Source: Camelus ferus
Lineage: Eukaryota
DNA: 64,000 nucleotides
Direction: 5' to 3'
Assembly: GCF_009834535.1 (NCBI RefSeq)
Contig: NC_045707.1
Span: 53,136,001-53,200,000, forward strand
Made by a program: the position numbers and the translations under genes. This document shows, one piece after another, positions 1 through 13,132 of this stretch; position 1 is the first letter of the stretch; each line of letters opens with the position of its first letter. The notes beneath the pieces were generated by a model. It had not been told where the DNA came from, did not search any database, and saw nothing but the letters and a program-made list of their open reading frames with translations.

Positions 1-1000
1 GGTGAGCTGAGACTGATGGTGTGGAGGGGGCAGGTGTGGAAGTTGGTAACTTGGACAGGATACTCCAGTGAGCGGTTACGTGGAATGGGGTGGCAGCCGA
101 GAGACAAGCGAGTAGATGGGAGACTTACTTGGGACTTGGCGTGATGTGTCGGAGGCGGTGCAGAGAGAGTGCGGGCAGGTGTCCTCAGGGTTTGTCCAGG
201 CCGCAGCGCATCCAAACCTTGAGTGACGTTCACACGGGTGCGCCACGTTTTCCTTATCTGTGCTCCCAGGGGCGGGATGTGGGCTGTTTCCACTTTGTGA
301 CTTTTATGACTAACGCTGCTGTGAACATTCGTGTTGAAGTTTTGTGTGGGCGTAATGCTGTCATCTCTCCTGGGAGTGGAGTCCTGGGTCGGGCGGTAGC
401 CATCTGTGGTGTTTCCAGCCCCACCGGCAGTGCACGGGGCTCCCGGCCTCCCTGCCCTCGAGGACACTTGTCACTGTCAGGCCATCTTAGCAGGTGTGGA
501 GTGCTGTCTCGTTGGGGTGATTAAGTTGAATTTTGGGTGTGTTTATGTTGTGCTGCCTGACAGCATGCAGCTGGGATGTAAGTGGGCCGTTTGGACTTGA
601 GTCTGGAGATTGGGAGAAAGAGCTTGGAGGCACTTGTCTCGGACACAGTGGTTTTAGCCCTAGGCTGGATGGAACCAAGTGAGTGAGTGTGGACAGAGAG
701 AAAGTGGCTGAAGCCCAAAGAACATTCATTAGTAGTTGAAGGGTGGGCAGTGAGGAGGCCGAGCCTGCTGGGGGGATGGACACCATGGCCGAGGGAGTAG
801 GGGGTCCGACAGAGGGGCCCTTTAAGCCGGAAGGAAGGGGCAGAGGATGAGATGCTGCTGAGAGACCAGGAGACCCAGGGGGACCGAGCCACAGACTTAG
901 CCCTGGGGAAGCCACTCTGCAGGGGACAGAGATCGAGGCCAGATTCAAGGAAATTGAGGAGTGGTTAAGTGACTGGGACGGGAAGAGGGCTCAGCGAGTG
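1..1000 (-). mobile_element. Old L2 LINE fragments, interrupted by an old antisense L1M fragment (~230-520)
   Basis: gtaagtgggccgtttggacttgagtctggagattgggagaaagag resembles antisense L2; ttccactttgtgacttttatgactaacgctgctgtgaacattcgtg resembles antisense L1M; boundaries approximate. Confidence 0.5.
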
Positions 1001-1547
1001 TAGATGGAATTCTTGAGTTTGTGAGGGGAGATCAGTGGTGGGGTCCAGAGAGACCTCATTTCAGACGAGGTGTGAGAGCTTGGGGATGGGGGCAGTCTCC
1101 ATGCAAGGCAGGGTGTCCTGAGAGCCCGCTCTGCCCTCTCCTTCCTGGGGTGGAGCGAGACCCGGCCATTCAGGTGCAGAGGACGTGCGGACTGGAAGGA
1201 GGGAGTGGAGGTGGTGGGGCAGGAGCTGGCCCTGGCAGCACAAGGGTCTGCTCGGCGCCATGGTTGGGGGGGCCAGGAAGGCAGGAAAGTGGGCATGGAG
1301 CGAGGGTGAGGCTGGGCCTGGGGGCTGGGGGACTGACTGCTGGGATACCAGGTGCTCTCGGGTCTGGTCCACACATTCTGCAGCAGGACAGAGTTCCTGT
1401 GCAAGTCTCCTGCTGCACTAGTCCAGCTGCTGCTGGTTGCGGTCTCGCCGGCTGCCCGGAGGCCCTGAGCACTGCCTGGTGAAGAAGGAAAGATAATGTG
1501 TACTATGGTGAATTCTAAAAACACTGAGGTCTGGCCTTTTGATGCAG

Positions 1548-1706
1548 TGTGAGACCACAGCACAGCAGGAGTTCGCTGAAGAGCTTCAGAAGCGAGAACG
1601 TTTCCTGGTTGAAAGAGAACAGCTGCTTTTCCAACATGAAACTGCCTTGAGTAAAATTAAAGGTGTCAGAGAAGAGGTTCTTACAAGATTCCAGATTATA
1701 AAGGAG
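1548..1706 (+). CDS. CCDC138: CCDC138 internal coding exon (first in window; gene starts upstream)
   Basis: ttttgatgcAG|TGT...GAG|GTaact; 159 nt, phase 0-0; CETTAQQEFAEELQKRERFLVEREQLLFQHETALSKIKGVREEVLTRFQIIKE matches recalled human CCDC138 coiled-coil region. Confidence 0.93.
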
Positions 1707-3649
1707 GTAACTACCTGGCCTTGACTTTAGAGTCAGGTGCTTCCCCTTTTCCCCTGAGTTTGGACTCTGGTTGTTAGCGTCCCCCACGTCCCTGTTCTCC
1801 GTCCCCCCAACCATGCACATGTTTTCTGGACCATTTGCAGGTAAGTTGCAAAAGTCCAAGCGTAGCATCTGAGTCCTTCCTCAGTCCCAGGAGGAGCGTG
1901 ACTGCCCGGGAGTTAGGACACTCTCCACAACAGTATCTCACAGGAAAAGAATGCTAATTAAGTGATTAACTTCATAAACACGTACAGTCTACATTCGCTT
2001 TCCCAGTTGGCCCCCCAATTGTCTTTTATTGGTCTTTGTTCTATTTTGTTCTCTGATCAATGAACTAGACAAAATCTGTGTAAATCTCCGGTTTCTCTGG
2101 ATCTAGAGCAGTCAGCATCATTACTCATTTCTGCTTTTTTGCGGCTTTTCTGTGAAGACTCCTGGCCAACAGTCCTGTGGAGTATGGTGTGTCCTGTTTG
2201 CCTGATTGTTTCCTAACGATCACATTCAGTGTTTTTATGTCACGTGGTTGGTCTGGCATCGTTCTTTGTTTTACATCAAGCCATGTGTCAGTGTGTGTTT
2301 GCCTTACATAGTGTAGAATTCCTTGTTTGTTTTGAGAAGCGCACACAGTCTTGTACTCAGCACGGGAGTCCCTAGTGCCCCTGGTTGTGCCCTCAACCAC
2401 CGTCAGCCCCGTGGCCCGGCCCTGAGCGTCAGGCCAGCATGGCCGGTGCACATTTGGATTTAGCAGTGGTGTGTCAGCATGTGTCTGCCTGCTGCTCCCT
2501 GATTCTGTCCTGTCAGCGTCACCAAACGTCTGGAAGTTATAACCTTGGGTCTGTCCCCAGATCAGGGGCATGTCTGCTGATGCCCCTTCTGGTGTTTCTT
2601 CTCTTCCAGTTGCTCCCCCTCCTCCCGGCCTCCGGCAACTCGTGCCGGGTGCTGGCTGCCCTCCGGTTTGGAGGCTTTCCGTCTCCTTGTCCTCGCGGCG
2701 GGGCCTTCGGGGCCTGCTCTGCTCGTGGTTTCTCCTTTCGTTCCGTGCTGCTGTTGAGTTCATCTAGAGGATGCTTTGTTTCTGCTATTTTAAAGTTCCA
2801 CGACGTCCAATTTCCATTTTTCTAACAAAAGTTTGTGTCTGTCCACGTGTGTTTACCTCATGGAATTCAGTTACAAACCCACTCCAGGGCGTCCAGGGCT
2901 GGCGTTTCTGCTGAAACCTGGTCCCATTTTTCTGGTTCTCTGTGTCCGGTGGCCTTTGGCTTGTCTTCAGGACCTTCTATGGATGATGCTGTGTAGATTC
3001 TGGACCCTGTCATAGTCTCCTGGAGAGCGCTGGTTGTCTTCACTGATTTCTGAAGCCCTGAGCCCAGTTGGTCTGTCGCCATGTGGGCCGGAGCCTCTTG
3101 CTCCGTTTCTGGAGCCAGGGCTGTTGCTCCAGGGCATGTGCTGTGGCCCCCACTGGGCGGCCTGAGCCTCAGGTTCTCGGCCTTCTTGTGATGCTCAGGT
3201 CTCTGATGTGCCTGCGCGAGGCGGAGGGTGGCTGGCTGAGTGGGTGGGGGCACCTGTTTTTAAACTGCGCCCTGGCCTCTGCCCCTTCCCCAGCTCAGGG
3301 CCAAGCCGGGTTTCAGCACGCTCTTCAGCTCGTTGGGCTCCTCATTCCTGGGTTCCCAGCCCTGAAAAGCAGCTTCTCTCCGTCCGATTAGCCGTGACTG
3401 GGGCCTGCTGGGGCGAGACTCCAGAGAAAAGGGAAGCGAAGCCCGAGGAACTTCAGCCCCTGGAGGGCTGCTTCTCCAGGTGTTCGCTCCTGTCTCCAAT
3501 TCCCTGCTTTTGTTTCCCTTTGACATTCCTCAGTTGGTTGCTTTTTGTGTTTTGTGTACGGTTTTCCGGTTTTTTGTTATAATCAGAAAGAGAAGTAGAG
3601 TGCAGTGGGCTTATCCCACCACCCTTGAAATGGAACCCATGTTGTATAC

Positions 3650-3778
3650 TTTGTTTGTTTTTTTATTTTTTTAATTTAATTTTTTTTTAAACGGAGGCAC
3701 GGGAGATTGAACCTAGGACCTTATGTGTGCTGAGCACACACTCTGCCACTGAGCTGTGTCTGCCGCCCCTCCCCCCCC
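3650..3778 (-). mobile_element. tRNA-derived SINE, camelid vic-1 type
   Basis: Minus strand reads AGCTCAGTGGCAGAGTGTGTGCTCAGCACACATAAGGTCCTAGGTTCAATCTCCCGTGCCTCC plus A-rich tail; Pol III A and B boxes. Confidence 0.75.
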
Positions 3779-4839
3779 GGTGTCATATGTTTTTCATATC
3801 TTCTGGATGTGGGAAAATTTGTGTGGTGAGAATATTAATCTAATTTTTAAATATTTATAGTATGTGTAACCATAGCCTAAGTTATTTAAGGGGTCATTTA
3901 ATATAGTAATAAGACTGCAGAAAGCTAACTTTTTCCTCATGATTGGATTTTCAAACAGGGCAAAAGAATGAGTGCTTAAATTCTCAGCGACCTCCATCTT
4001 CAGTCTTGATTTTTTTTCTCTTTGGAGTCTGTCTGCTGTTCATATTAAGTATAAAATTAACTGCTTTATTTAAATGGTGCCTATATGATTACTTGGAAGA
4101 GGGAAATGAATTGTTTCTTGATTTCCTATGGAAACTCACTTGTTTTAATACATTCTGAATAAATTTGAAAGTAAGAAGTGAAAGAAGTTATATAAGTATT
4201 CACACTTTAAATCTAACACGTGCTTCTCATTTAAATAAGGGAAATAAATTATTATTATAATAATTTATAAAACTGATTAAGGAGAGTCCAGTATTTTGGG
4301 GCTCAAAAAATTTTACTATGTATTTAGGTTTTTTGAGATGTAAAACAATTTTAGCTAATTTATGAGAACAAGAAATTAGTTTTACTTATAGACTATTTCT
4401 TCTACTCCTCAGGGATAATTTAAATTTTAATTCTTTTTTATTTAAATTTTAATCCACAAAGCTATGAGTAACTAACTATACACTGGGAAAGGATCAGAAA
4501 TCCTTCATTGTTTTATCATTCTGTGATGTCAAATAGAAATTTTTTCAGTGAGTTTCTGTGGTGAGTTTTTCTGAACAGAAGCAGAAAATAGCCTTATTGC
4601 TTGCTAATTAATTTGTGTAATACGTTTTAATAGGTAATTTAATGAAAGCCTTTAATGCTTTGTTATTAGTTTGGTTGATTATACAGTTTTTATAAGTTGT
4701 TTGCAGTATTAGTCATTATGCTTAAATACACTGATTAAAGTCCTTGTGGTTCAAGGAGCCCTAATTTTTAATTATTTTCAGCAGCATTAGCAACATGGAA
4801 TCTGTACCTAATTTTTAGATCGTATTTTTTCTGTCCTAG

Positions 4840-4959
4840 CAACACGATGCAGAAGTTGAGCACTTAACTGAAGTTCTTAAGGAAAGGAATAAAGAAAGCA
4901 AGAGGCTAAGGTCCTCTTTTGATGCACTGAAGGAATTGAATGATAGCTTAAAAAAGCAG
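4840..4959 (+). CDS. CCDC138: CCDC138 coding exon
   Basis: ctgtcctAG|CAA...CAG|GTaaga; 120 nt; QHDAEVEHLTEVLKERNKESKRLRSSFDALKELNDSLKKQ, in frame with previous exon. Confidence 0.95.
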
Positions 4960-6134
4960 GTAAGACCTATTTTATCTGTATTAGATTGTAAGACATTCTT
5001 AGAACTAGATAGATGAACAAATGAATAATGAACATCTTAGAATATATTCTGGCTGGAGAAAATCATGATTATCTTTATTTGTTAGCCTTATAAAATACTT
5101 CCAAATATAAAGAAAGTATTTTTAACTAGCTGAGATGTTTGGCAACTTGAAATTTTTAAAAATATAAGAGCAATTACTAGATTAACAAAAGCAGAAGGAA
5201 AACCTGCTCACCTGGGCGCCTCCAGGCACTAATTTCTGGCTGGAGTGCTTCCCCTTGTCATGCTGTTACACACACTACTGATCTCGGAGTGTGTTCTGTG
5301 CAGGGACTGCTTGGAGGAGCGTGAGCTCATGTCATGAGTACAGGCTGGGTCGCAGGTACAGGGATTTTTTATGTGTGTAAGCAGTGTGGTTTAGGTCAAT
5401 ACTAAAGGTGCACCAAGTTTTTGTGAGTTGTATTTTTACTTATTCTTTTACTTCCCTTTGCTAGTGTTTGACAAAGGTGTGAAGGTGAAGGGTATGTGAA
5501 AGAGGGACAGGAGGATGGTCTTGTGTGTGTTTGTGTGTAGAGGAGACAGCAGGAAGTGGGGTACACCTGGTCAGCTGAGCAGTGGAAGCGTCGGGCTGGG
5601 AACTCCCTGGATTCCGAAAGGTAGCTAAGCTTAGACTCAGAGACATCGTTGGCTTCCTGGAATTCCTGAGCTGGTCATGTGTTCTCTGTTTCTTTTTCTG
5701 ATTTTCTGTAGTCGCTGCTTGTTAGAACCTTCCTCCTCAGCGGTGATAACCAGGTACCCGCTTCTCACTTGCTCTAATACTTTGGCATCCCTGGATTCAT
5801 GGATCGCCTCCTACGGTTAGAGGGTGACCTTGGCTTCCTGTTGTCTGGATGCCTGCTGTTTCCCACCAGTGTCAGCCAGTGTTTTGAGAAGGTGTCTTTG
5901 GTTGCAAGCTTAGCACGTTATTGCCCGTACTTCCTCTTAAGTTAGTATGATCCGTGTTTGCAGGCATGTGTGGGGACTGGAGTGGATCTGTGCATCCTTA
6001 AGTGCCTGAGCCTGTTGACAACTGGGTGTGTCCCCTAGTGTGTGCAAACTGAAAGAACCTGAGAGAAGCCCCTCAGGCCCCGTGGAAGATGCATCTTTAC
6101 GGTTACTCTGTTTAGTGTAGCTCAGAGTCAGCAA

Positions 6135-6312
6135 TTTTTTTTTCTACTAAGGACCAGATAGTAAGCATTTTGAGCTCTGTGGGCCATGTGGTCTCTGTCA
6201 CAGTGACTTAACTCTGCCTTCGGAGCATAAGGCAGCCGTGGGAGTGGGCATGGCTGTGCTCGGCTAAGACATCACTTCCAGAAGCAGGGAGGGGCCACAG
6301 TTTGCCAGCGTC
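6135..6312. mobile_element. MER58-like hAT-Charlie DNA transposon remnant
   Basis: aaggaccagatagtaagcattttgagctctgtgggccatgtggtctctgtcacagtgact...cacagtttgcca matches recalled MER58 pattern. Confidence 0.65.
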
Positions 6313-7007
6313 CAGCATGAAGAGTGGTCTGTAGTTTGAAATTGCTAAGTAAAGGTAAATTATTTCTGTGACCTACTTACGTAGTAATTTGTGATTGCAC
6401 TGGGCATACATAAAATTTGCTTTACTATCGATTTATTATGAATGTTAATAATAAAACGTTACCCATCAAGTCTTGCCAAGCTGAGGGGACAGGAGTTCAT
6501 GTCCAGCCCCGTCGTGGGGAGAGACCAGTGACACCCCAGGCTCTCAGGTGGGCGCAGTAGGCTGCATGCTGGCTGGAGGCCGATTAGCAGTGGGTTGACC
6601 CTCCTCAAACCAAAACCTGGCCTTAACTGATTTCAGTTCCTAACCAGACTAAGGTGCCCTGTCCCTGTTTTAAATACCTTGCAGAGAAAAGGATGAGCTC
6701 TTTTGGAAGGAAGATATTGTGTGTATAAAATTGAATTTTTTCTGAAAGACGTTTCCTATTAAAATATATACGTGTAAGATGTTTAGAGACTTGTGCATAG
6801 AAGAAAAAGATTTACTTCTTTTCATAGAATGAAGTAAACTTTCTTAGAAACTGCCAATGTTTTAGGGACAGTGGTGGTTTTCACTGTGGCCTGTAGTCAT
6901 GAATGCTGCCTCTGCTGCTTACATTGCTTGGTATGTAGACTAGATGAGCTTGAGTGTGAAATCGGCTTAAGGTTTGTGTTGAAATACCTAATGTTCCTCT
7001 ACTTTAG

Positions 7008-7085
7008 TTAAATGAAGTAAGTGAAGAAAACAAGAAGTTGGAGGCCCAGGCTAAAAGAGTTCAAGCTCGTTTGGATAATTTACAG
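7008..7085 (+). CDS. CCDC138: CCDC138 coding exon
   Basis: ctactttAG|TTA...CAG|GTaagt; 78 nt; LNEVSEENKKLEAQAKRVQARLDNLQ. Confidence 0.95.
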
Positions 7086-7192
7086 GTAAGTTACCTTCTC
7101 TTGTGACAGAAGGGAATTTTAAAATGGCTGCCTTTGGATTTTCTCACTTCTAGTGTAATTTTTCTTTAACTCATGGATATGTGCTGTTGCAG

Positions 7193-7300
7193 AGGAAGTA
7201 TGAGTTCATGACAATACAGAGATTGAAAGGAAATTCTCATGCTGCTCAAGAAGTGAAAAGTTTAAAACAAGAAAAAGCTCCAGTGTCAAAACCTTGTAAG
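7193..7300 (+). CDS. CCDC138: CCDC138 coding exon
   Basis: gttgcAG|AGG...AAG|GTatga; 108 nt; RKYEFMTIQRLKGNSHAAQEVKSLKQEKAPVSKPCK; follows a 107-nt intron. Confidence 0.95.
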
Positions 7301-7639
7301 GTATGATATGATTGAAAATTTCTCTAGTGGAAAGCCAGGTAGTTTTCTCTTTGTTCTTTTTTTTTCTCTTTGTTCTTTTTGGTGTGAAAGGATTCATTAT
7401 AATAATTTCTTTACAGAGAAATGTCTCTGTAATATTTCAAATATGCTTTTGTTTGCAAAAACAAAATATTTCACCAGTGTTTTAGGCCCAGGAACATGGA
7501 CAAATCACAGGAACTTAAGCTTATTACCGGCTTTGCTATTCGTCGTGTTTTGGGACCTATAACCTTCGGCGTTACTTTTCTTTCAAGCCTGCAGGCCACC
7601 CTGAGTGCGCTTCACGGATTTCTTTGTGCTGAGACTTTT

Positions 7640-8300
7640 CTTTTCTTTGAGGTGTAAATCACCTACAGTAACTTAATGCACAGATCTTAAGTGTACAGTT
7701 TGATCAGCTTTGACAAATGCCCTCCCTCGCGTAGGCGACACCTGGGACGTTCCCTCATGTTCATTCCCTGCGGGTGGTAGTTATTGGTGTGATTTCATTC
7801 ACCAGGAGTTAATTTTGCCTGACTTCGAGCTTGAGTCCGGTGGCGTTGTGGTGTGCGTGCTGGTGACGCCAGGAGTGGCAGCACCTGTTCCTTCGTCTGC
7901 TCGGTGTCCCAGTGTGACTGTGTCGAGGTTTGTCCGTCCTTCTGCTGATAGACACCCGGGTTGTTTCTGGGTTTTGTCTCTTCGTGAATAATCCGCTAAG
8001 GAAATTTGTGTACAAGGCTTTTTGTGGACAGATGTTTCCGTTCCTCTGAAAGTCTGACCGGGCCTGGCATGTCTGGGTCGTGAGGTAGATTACGTTGACA
8101 TACCTTCTGGGGCAGTGGCCAGTTTTCCAGAGGGTTGTCCTGCCCCTGTGCCTGCTCCTGCGCCTGCTCCTGCTGGCGGTGTGTGCTCTCTGGTTTCACC
8201 GGCACTTGGCATCACCTGGTGTCCTTGTCTTGCTCGTTTGACCTTTCCAGCGGGTGGATGCTGCTGTCTCCTGGTGATAAATTCTCTGGGTTTTTTCACA
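7640..8300 (-). mobile_element. Old L1M 3' fragment, antisense
   Basis: tgaggtgtaaatcacctacagtaacttaatgcacagatcttaagtgtacagtttgatcagctttgacaaatg is a typical L1M 3'-end antisense sequence. Confidence 0.6.
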
Positions 8301-9861
8301 AAGTAAGGTGGGAGGAGAGCCCTGTTCAGAGGTGGCGGCAGGGGGTCTCAGCAGCAGCGCAGGAGGGGAGCTGGGCAGTGACCCCCACCCCGGCGCTGGC
8401 GGTCTGGCTCAGCAGGACGAGACTCTGGTCTCAGAGCCGCCAGCCTCTCGGTCCTGCCTACGGAGTGCCAGAGGATGGCCTCCATCAGCAGAAAGCCATC
8501 CACACCTGCACCACCGGGCCTGGGCCCCCGGCTCCCCAAGTTCCCAGCTGAGGGTTTCCACCCATGGTTGTGGACCTGGTGGGGCAGGTGGGGAGCAGAC
8601 CTCCTTCAGTGGCCAGAGGCCCTGGGCCTGCACTTAGCCAGCAGGCTGTCGGAGTTCTGCTGCATGAGCTGGAGGCCTGGGAGCAGGACGGAACCTGTCC
8701 AGTGCGTCACATCCCAGGAGCATGGGGGCAACACCGAGGGCAGCAGCAGTGACCGCACGTCTTCCCCAGGGCTCCAGCCAGGCTCTGCCTTCTGGCCTGT
8801 GGCCCCACAATTTCCGCTTTCTCCCCCGGGCACCAGACACGCACAGGGTCTTGTGGTTGCAGGAGTCACTTCTCCCCTCCTTTTGACCAGACGTACAGCC
8901 TTCCGTGTTTTATTAGAGGGATGCTGGTGAAAATAATTTTTTAATTACAAAAAATTGGGAAAAGTGGAGATTTTTTTTCAGGTACTCAAGATGATCGTGG
9001 TTTTCATCAGAAGTTCCTATTTGAAGAAAACTGAGAAGGTTAAAAATAATGGATAATGTGGTAACTGTTTTCATTCATCTGATTCTCCTTTTGTGAATTG
9101 CTATCTGCTTACTTTTGCCTTTTTATTCATTTGCATTTATGTTTCTCTAAAACTAAAATGAGCATAATTCCCTTCTTAAGGTACGTGTGTGATAAATGTT
9201 GAATTTAACTGACTAACAGTGATTGGAAGGAGTGCTAAAATCAGTCTAGTTGAATTAAGTTTTTGTGGCCTTTTGTTCTTATTTTCCTCCTATTTTGGTA
9301 GACACTTGAACAGGATTTCCAGAAAAAATTTTCATACCCTGTTTAAAGAATGTTACTAATGTAAAGAAAGCCAGCTTTCTTGGGAAGAAGATAAGAAGTT
9401 CCATGGTGGAAACTGTTCAGCTTTTGAAACCTTTACTAAAGTCTGTTAGTAATGGTGGTTTCATGTTCTTGGGGGGGGGGGGGCTGCCATTTTTGTTTAA
9501 GTTCTTTCTTTTAAGACTCATGCTCTTAAGGCCAGTTTTACTTCCCTGTGTTATCAAACGTGTGTAAAGAATTTTAATAAGAATTCTCAGTTTTAGTAAT
9601 AAGGTACAGGTTTTTCAGTTCCCTTATTGTGATGGGTTTTCTCGCCTTCGGTCAACCAGCATTTCACGTGCTTCTAATGTTAACTGGAGATACTTGATTT
9701 CGAATTTCTTTCATTTGGAGAAGCTTTGTCATTCAGTACATATTTTAGTAAAGTGTCTTAGGTAAATTATTCTGTAATCACTTGCCGAATTTAAAACTTG
9801 CCTTTGAAGTTCTAGGAGGCTATGAATTTAAATTAATGTTTGATTTAATTTTCACATGTAG

Positions 9862-10026
9862 GTACCACTTAATGGACAGGTTTATGAACTCTTAACTGTC
9901 TTCATGGACTGGATTTCGGATCATCACCTCAGCAAATTGAAGCAGGAAGAATCTGAGGTGGACGGTGAAAAGCCAGTGCTTGGACCTGCCTCTCAGAGAG
10001 ATGACATTCAGGAGAAGTGTGTGAAG
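9862..10026 (+). CDS. CCDC138: CCDC138 coding exon
   Basis: cacatgtAG|GTA...AAG|GTttgt; 165 nt; VPLNGQVYELLTVFMDWISDHHLSKLKQEESEVDGEKPVLGPASQRDDIQEKCVK. Confidence 0.95.
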
Positions 10027-10739
10027 GTTTGTTTTCAGGTGCATGATTCAGTGCATGTGAGACCTGAGAAGGGAGCTTGTGGCATAATGTACAAGAGAAA
10101 AGTGTTGAAAGTATTTCTGATAGAAAATTGATCGTTCCAATAGTCAGTTGTAAAAAGATTCATTCTTGCTTAATTCAAATGAATTCATACTTAGGGTTTT
10201 TTTTTTAACACAATGGGAATTTCTTTTTAAATTTCTTTTTAAAAACAGACCAGAAATTGAAAACCTGTATTTCTTGTCAATCTCTAATGACAACTCATAC
10301 TGACTGAAATCATGATTGTCAGTATCCAAATTAATGTCTGTAATTTAAGAAAATAGTTACAACTCTTTGGTAATGAGAAGCCCCTGAATCCCTGACACCC
10401 TTGCTGCCGTTGTTATTTTGAACAAACTGTTGCCTGTGAGAGTGACCAAGAATAATGAAAGATTTTATTTTACTTTCATTTGTTTCTTCCTTAATGCTCT
10501 TTCTCTATGTAGATCCCAGTTTCTGACCTATATCCTTTTACTTTACTCTGAAGAACTTCTTTTCACCTTCTTGAATGGCAGGTTTAATGGTGAGAAATTA
10601 CCTGAATTATTTGGTGGAAAAGTGTGGGTGGCGGCTCCCATCCTGGGCACGCGCGCAGACTCGCACGTGGTTGTTCACACGGCGTGGGGCTCAGCGGCCC
10701 CCGAGTGGGAACCAGCCGGCTGCCTGCCAGCTGACAGCG

Positions 10740-11035
10740 CTGAATAAGCTGGTAAAGGCCAAAGACGTGTGGGCTGCAGCGTGAATGAACTTTGAAAACA
10801 TCAGCGAGTGAAAGAAGCGCGTCACCCAAGACTGCGTGTTGTGTGATTGCATTCTGTCCGTCAGCCAAGAGCCGGCTCGCGTTGCGAGGACTGGAGTGTC
10901 GGGGTGGCTGCTGACGGGTGGAAACGTTCTCAAACCAGTTCTGACGATGGTTTCACGACTCTCTGAATATACTAAAAGTCACTGAATTGTACACCTTACA
11001 TGTGTGAATTGTATCTCACTAAAGCCATTAGCGAA
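10740..11035 (+). mobile_element. Old L1M 3' UTR fragment
   Basis: gtgaatgaactttgaaaacatc...gaatatactaaaagtcactgaattgtacacctt...attgtatctcactaaagc. Confidence 0.6.
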
Positions 11036-11599
11036 AAACTCACCAGCATAAAAACCTGAAGAGAACCCCAGGCGCTCTTGGTCTCGGTGTCTCCGAAGTC
11101 TCTCTGGACGCGGGCACTTGGCGTCCCCCCGCCCCCCACCGCCCTCAGGGTCCTGCCGATGCTTGCTGGAGAGTCCGGGCAGCCGACTCTCCCGCTTCCC
11201 ATTTCTCTGCTCGCCTCCTTGTGTTATGTGACTTGTCGGGTGGCAGAAACACCTCATAGATGATTCTGAGCACTTTTCCTGTATGTATATGTGTGTGGTC
11301 CCAATGGAAAGATTTCCCCCTGAAACAGAACACTTTCATGTTTTTTTTTTTCAATTTAAAATTCATTTGCTGTATTTATTTTTTTTATTGAAATATAGTC
11401 AGTTTACAATGTTGTGTTCCATTCTTGACCAAGTTTAAATATTATTATTTAAGGGGAGGGATTAAAAGTATACATTTTTCCTGTAATTATGATCTACACA
11501 GATTAGGTGGTTATCAACTTCTGTACACCCACAAGAGTACTCAACTTAAGGTGCCTGTAATTTTTCAGTTTTGCTTGAAGTTTCATTCTAGACAATAAC

Positions 11600-12260
11600 T
11601 AAGGCTAGGAGGAGACCAGTGCAGAGCTCTAGGGGGAGAAGAGGGCCTAGTTTATGCCCTAAGCAGAGGCCATTAATGGAGGTGAGGCTGAAGAGGTACA
11701 GGAGTGGACGCTGAGGAAGAACCAGAAAGCTCTTAGGTGGTTCAGGGCGAGGAGGGTGGTGGCTGTGGACCTAGAAGTGGGCCAGTGAAAAGCATTTGGC
11801 CAGTGAAGCTGATGAGACTTGTCATGGAGCCAGTGTGAAAGCTGAGGTGTCAGGGTTGGCACCCTTGTTCTTCCTCTGCACCAGGATGAGTGTTGGTAGC
11901 TCTGACTCAGAAAGGAAGCATCACACAGTCTGATGAGTTTATTTTGGGCAAGTTGCACTGGGGACACCAGAGTGCACGTGTCCTGTGGGCATTGATACGG
12001 GGGCCTTGATGTGTAAACATGGGGGTCTGGAGTCTGTGCTGGCCGTGCCAAATGTGAGGGGCTCCGATACTTAGCGATCAGGTGACAAGGGTGAGCAGCA
12101 AGAGAGAGCTGGTGGCCAAGATGTGGGGGAGTCCCAGGAGAAACCGGTGTTACAGGCCAGGGGGCGCGTTTCCCAGGGAGAGAGTGGATGGCGGGGCCCT
12201 GGTGACACTGGGAGAGGCCAGATGAGTCCTGCCGGACTTGGACATCACATCTGTGGTCCA
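11600..12260 (-). mobile_element. L2 LINE fragment
   Basis: gatgagtttattttgggcaagttgc...gatgtgtaaacatgggggtctggagtc resembles antisense L2; boundaries approximate. Confidence 0.45.
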
Positions 12261-13015
12261 TTAGATACGTTTTGTGTCCTAGCTTTTATTATTCCTACTT
12301 AATTTTTATCATTAATGTTTTTCTGTTTGTAATCTGTAGTCCACTGAGTAGCTCTCCACTTGACACAGCCGCTTCCCTGTGGCTAGGCTGTTCGTTACTT
12401 CTGTGTTTTATAAACAACGTAGCTGAGTATCTTTGTACCTGTGCTTTCAGAGGGGTATGTTCTAGGTGATTTTCTTAGGATAACTAACCTAAGAAGTGGG
12501 ATTATTAAGATATTATGAAAGACAGACATATAAAGAGGAAAGTAAGTATCACTTCAGTTACTAAAATGTCACTGTCAATATTTTTTAAAAACATCTTTTC
12601 ATATCTCTTTTAATATAAATTCAGGTATATATTATGTACATGGGGTCTTACTACACCTTTGTAACCTGCTTTTATCAGCTCGGAATATGCCGTTGCAGTA
12701 AATAGAGTTGCTGTTACCATTTTTAATGATTGTATATGACCCATACATTTATGCAACCATTTAAGATTTAAAGAGTGTGTTTCTATAGGTTAGCCTTAAA
12801 ATCCTAGATGTGCAATTGCTGGGTCAAAGAAAATACGTATTTAATATTTCAGATACATAGTTTCATGTTGTATCACATGTGGTTTTAAAGTGAAGATTAT
12901 TTTTTAGAGAACTTCTTTTTTCTTTTAGAAGAAGATAATTTTGGGGAAGTTGTGGTAATTGATTTCAGACCCTGAACAACAGCATGGGTTTACATCTCCA
13001 TCATTCCGCCCTCAG

Positions 13016-13132
13016 CTCCTGCCTGTGATGGCCGAGCAGCTGCAGTGGATGCCCCTTGTGAACACCAAACTCCACGAGCCATTTGTGAAGTTTCTGTACT
13101 GGTCTCTGCGGCAGCTGGATACTGGAACCCAG
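13016..13132 (+). CDS. CCDC138: CCDC138 coding exon
   Basis: ccgccctcAG|CTC...CAG|GTgatg; 117 nt; LLPVMAEQLQWMPLVNTKLHEPFVKFLYWSLRQLDTGTQ. Confidence 0.95.

Noticed and set aside
8140..8175. PAPVPAPAPAPA / QEQAQEQAQ repeat ORFs
   Set aside because: Short CCTGCT/CCTGCG microsatellite inside an old L1 fragment.
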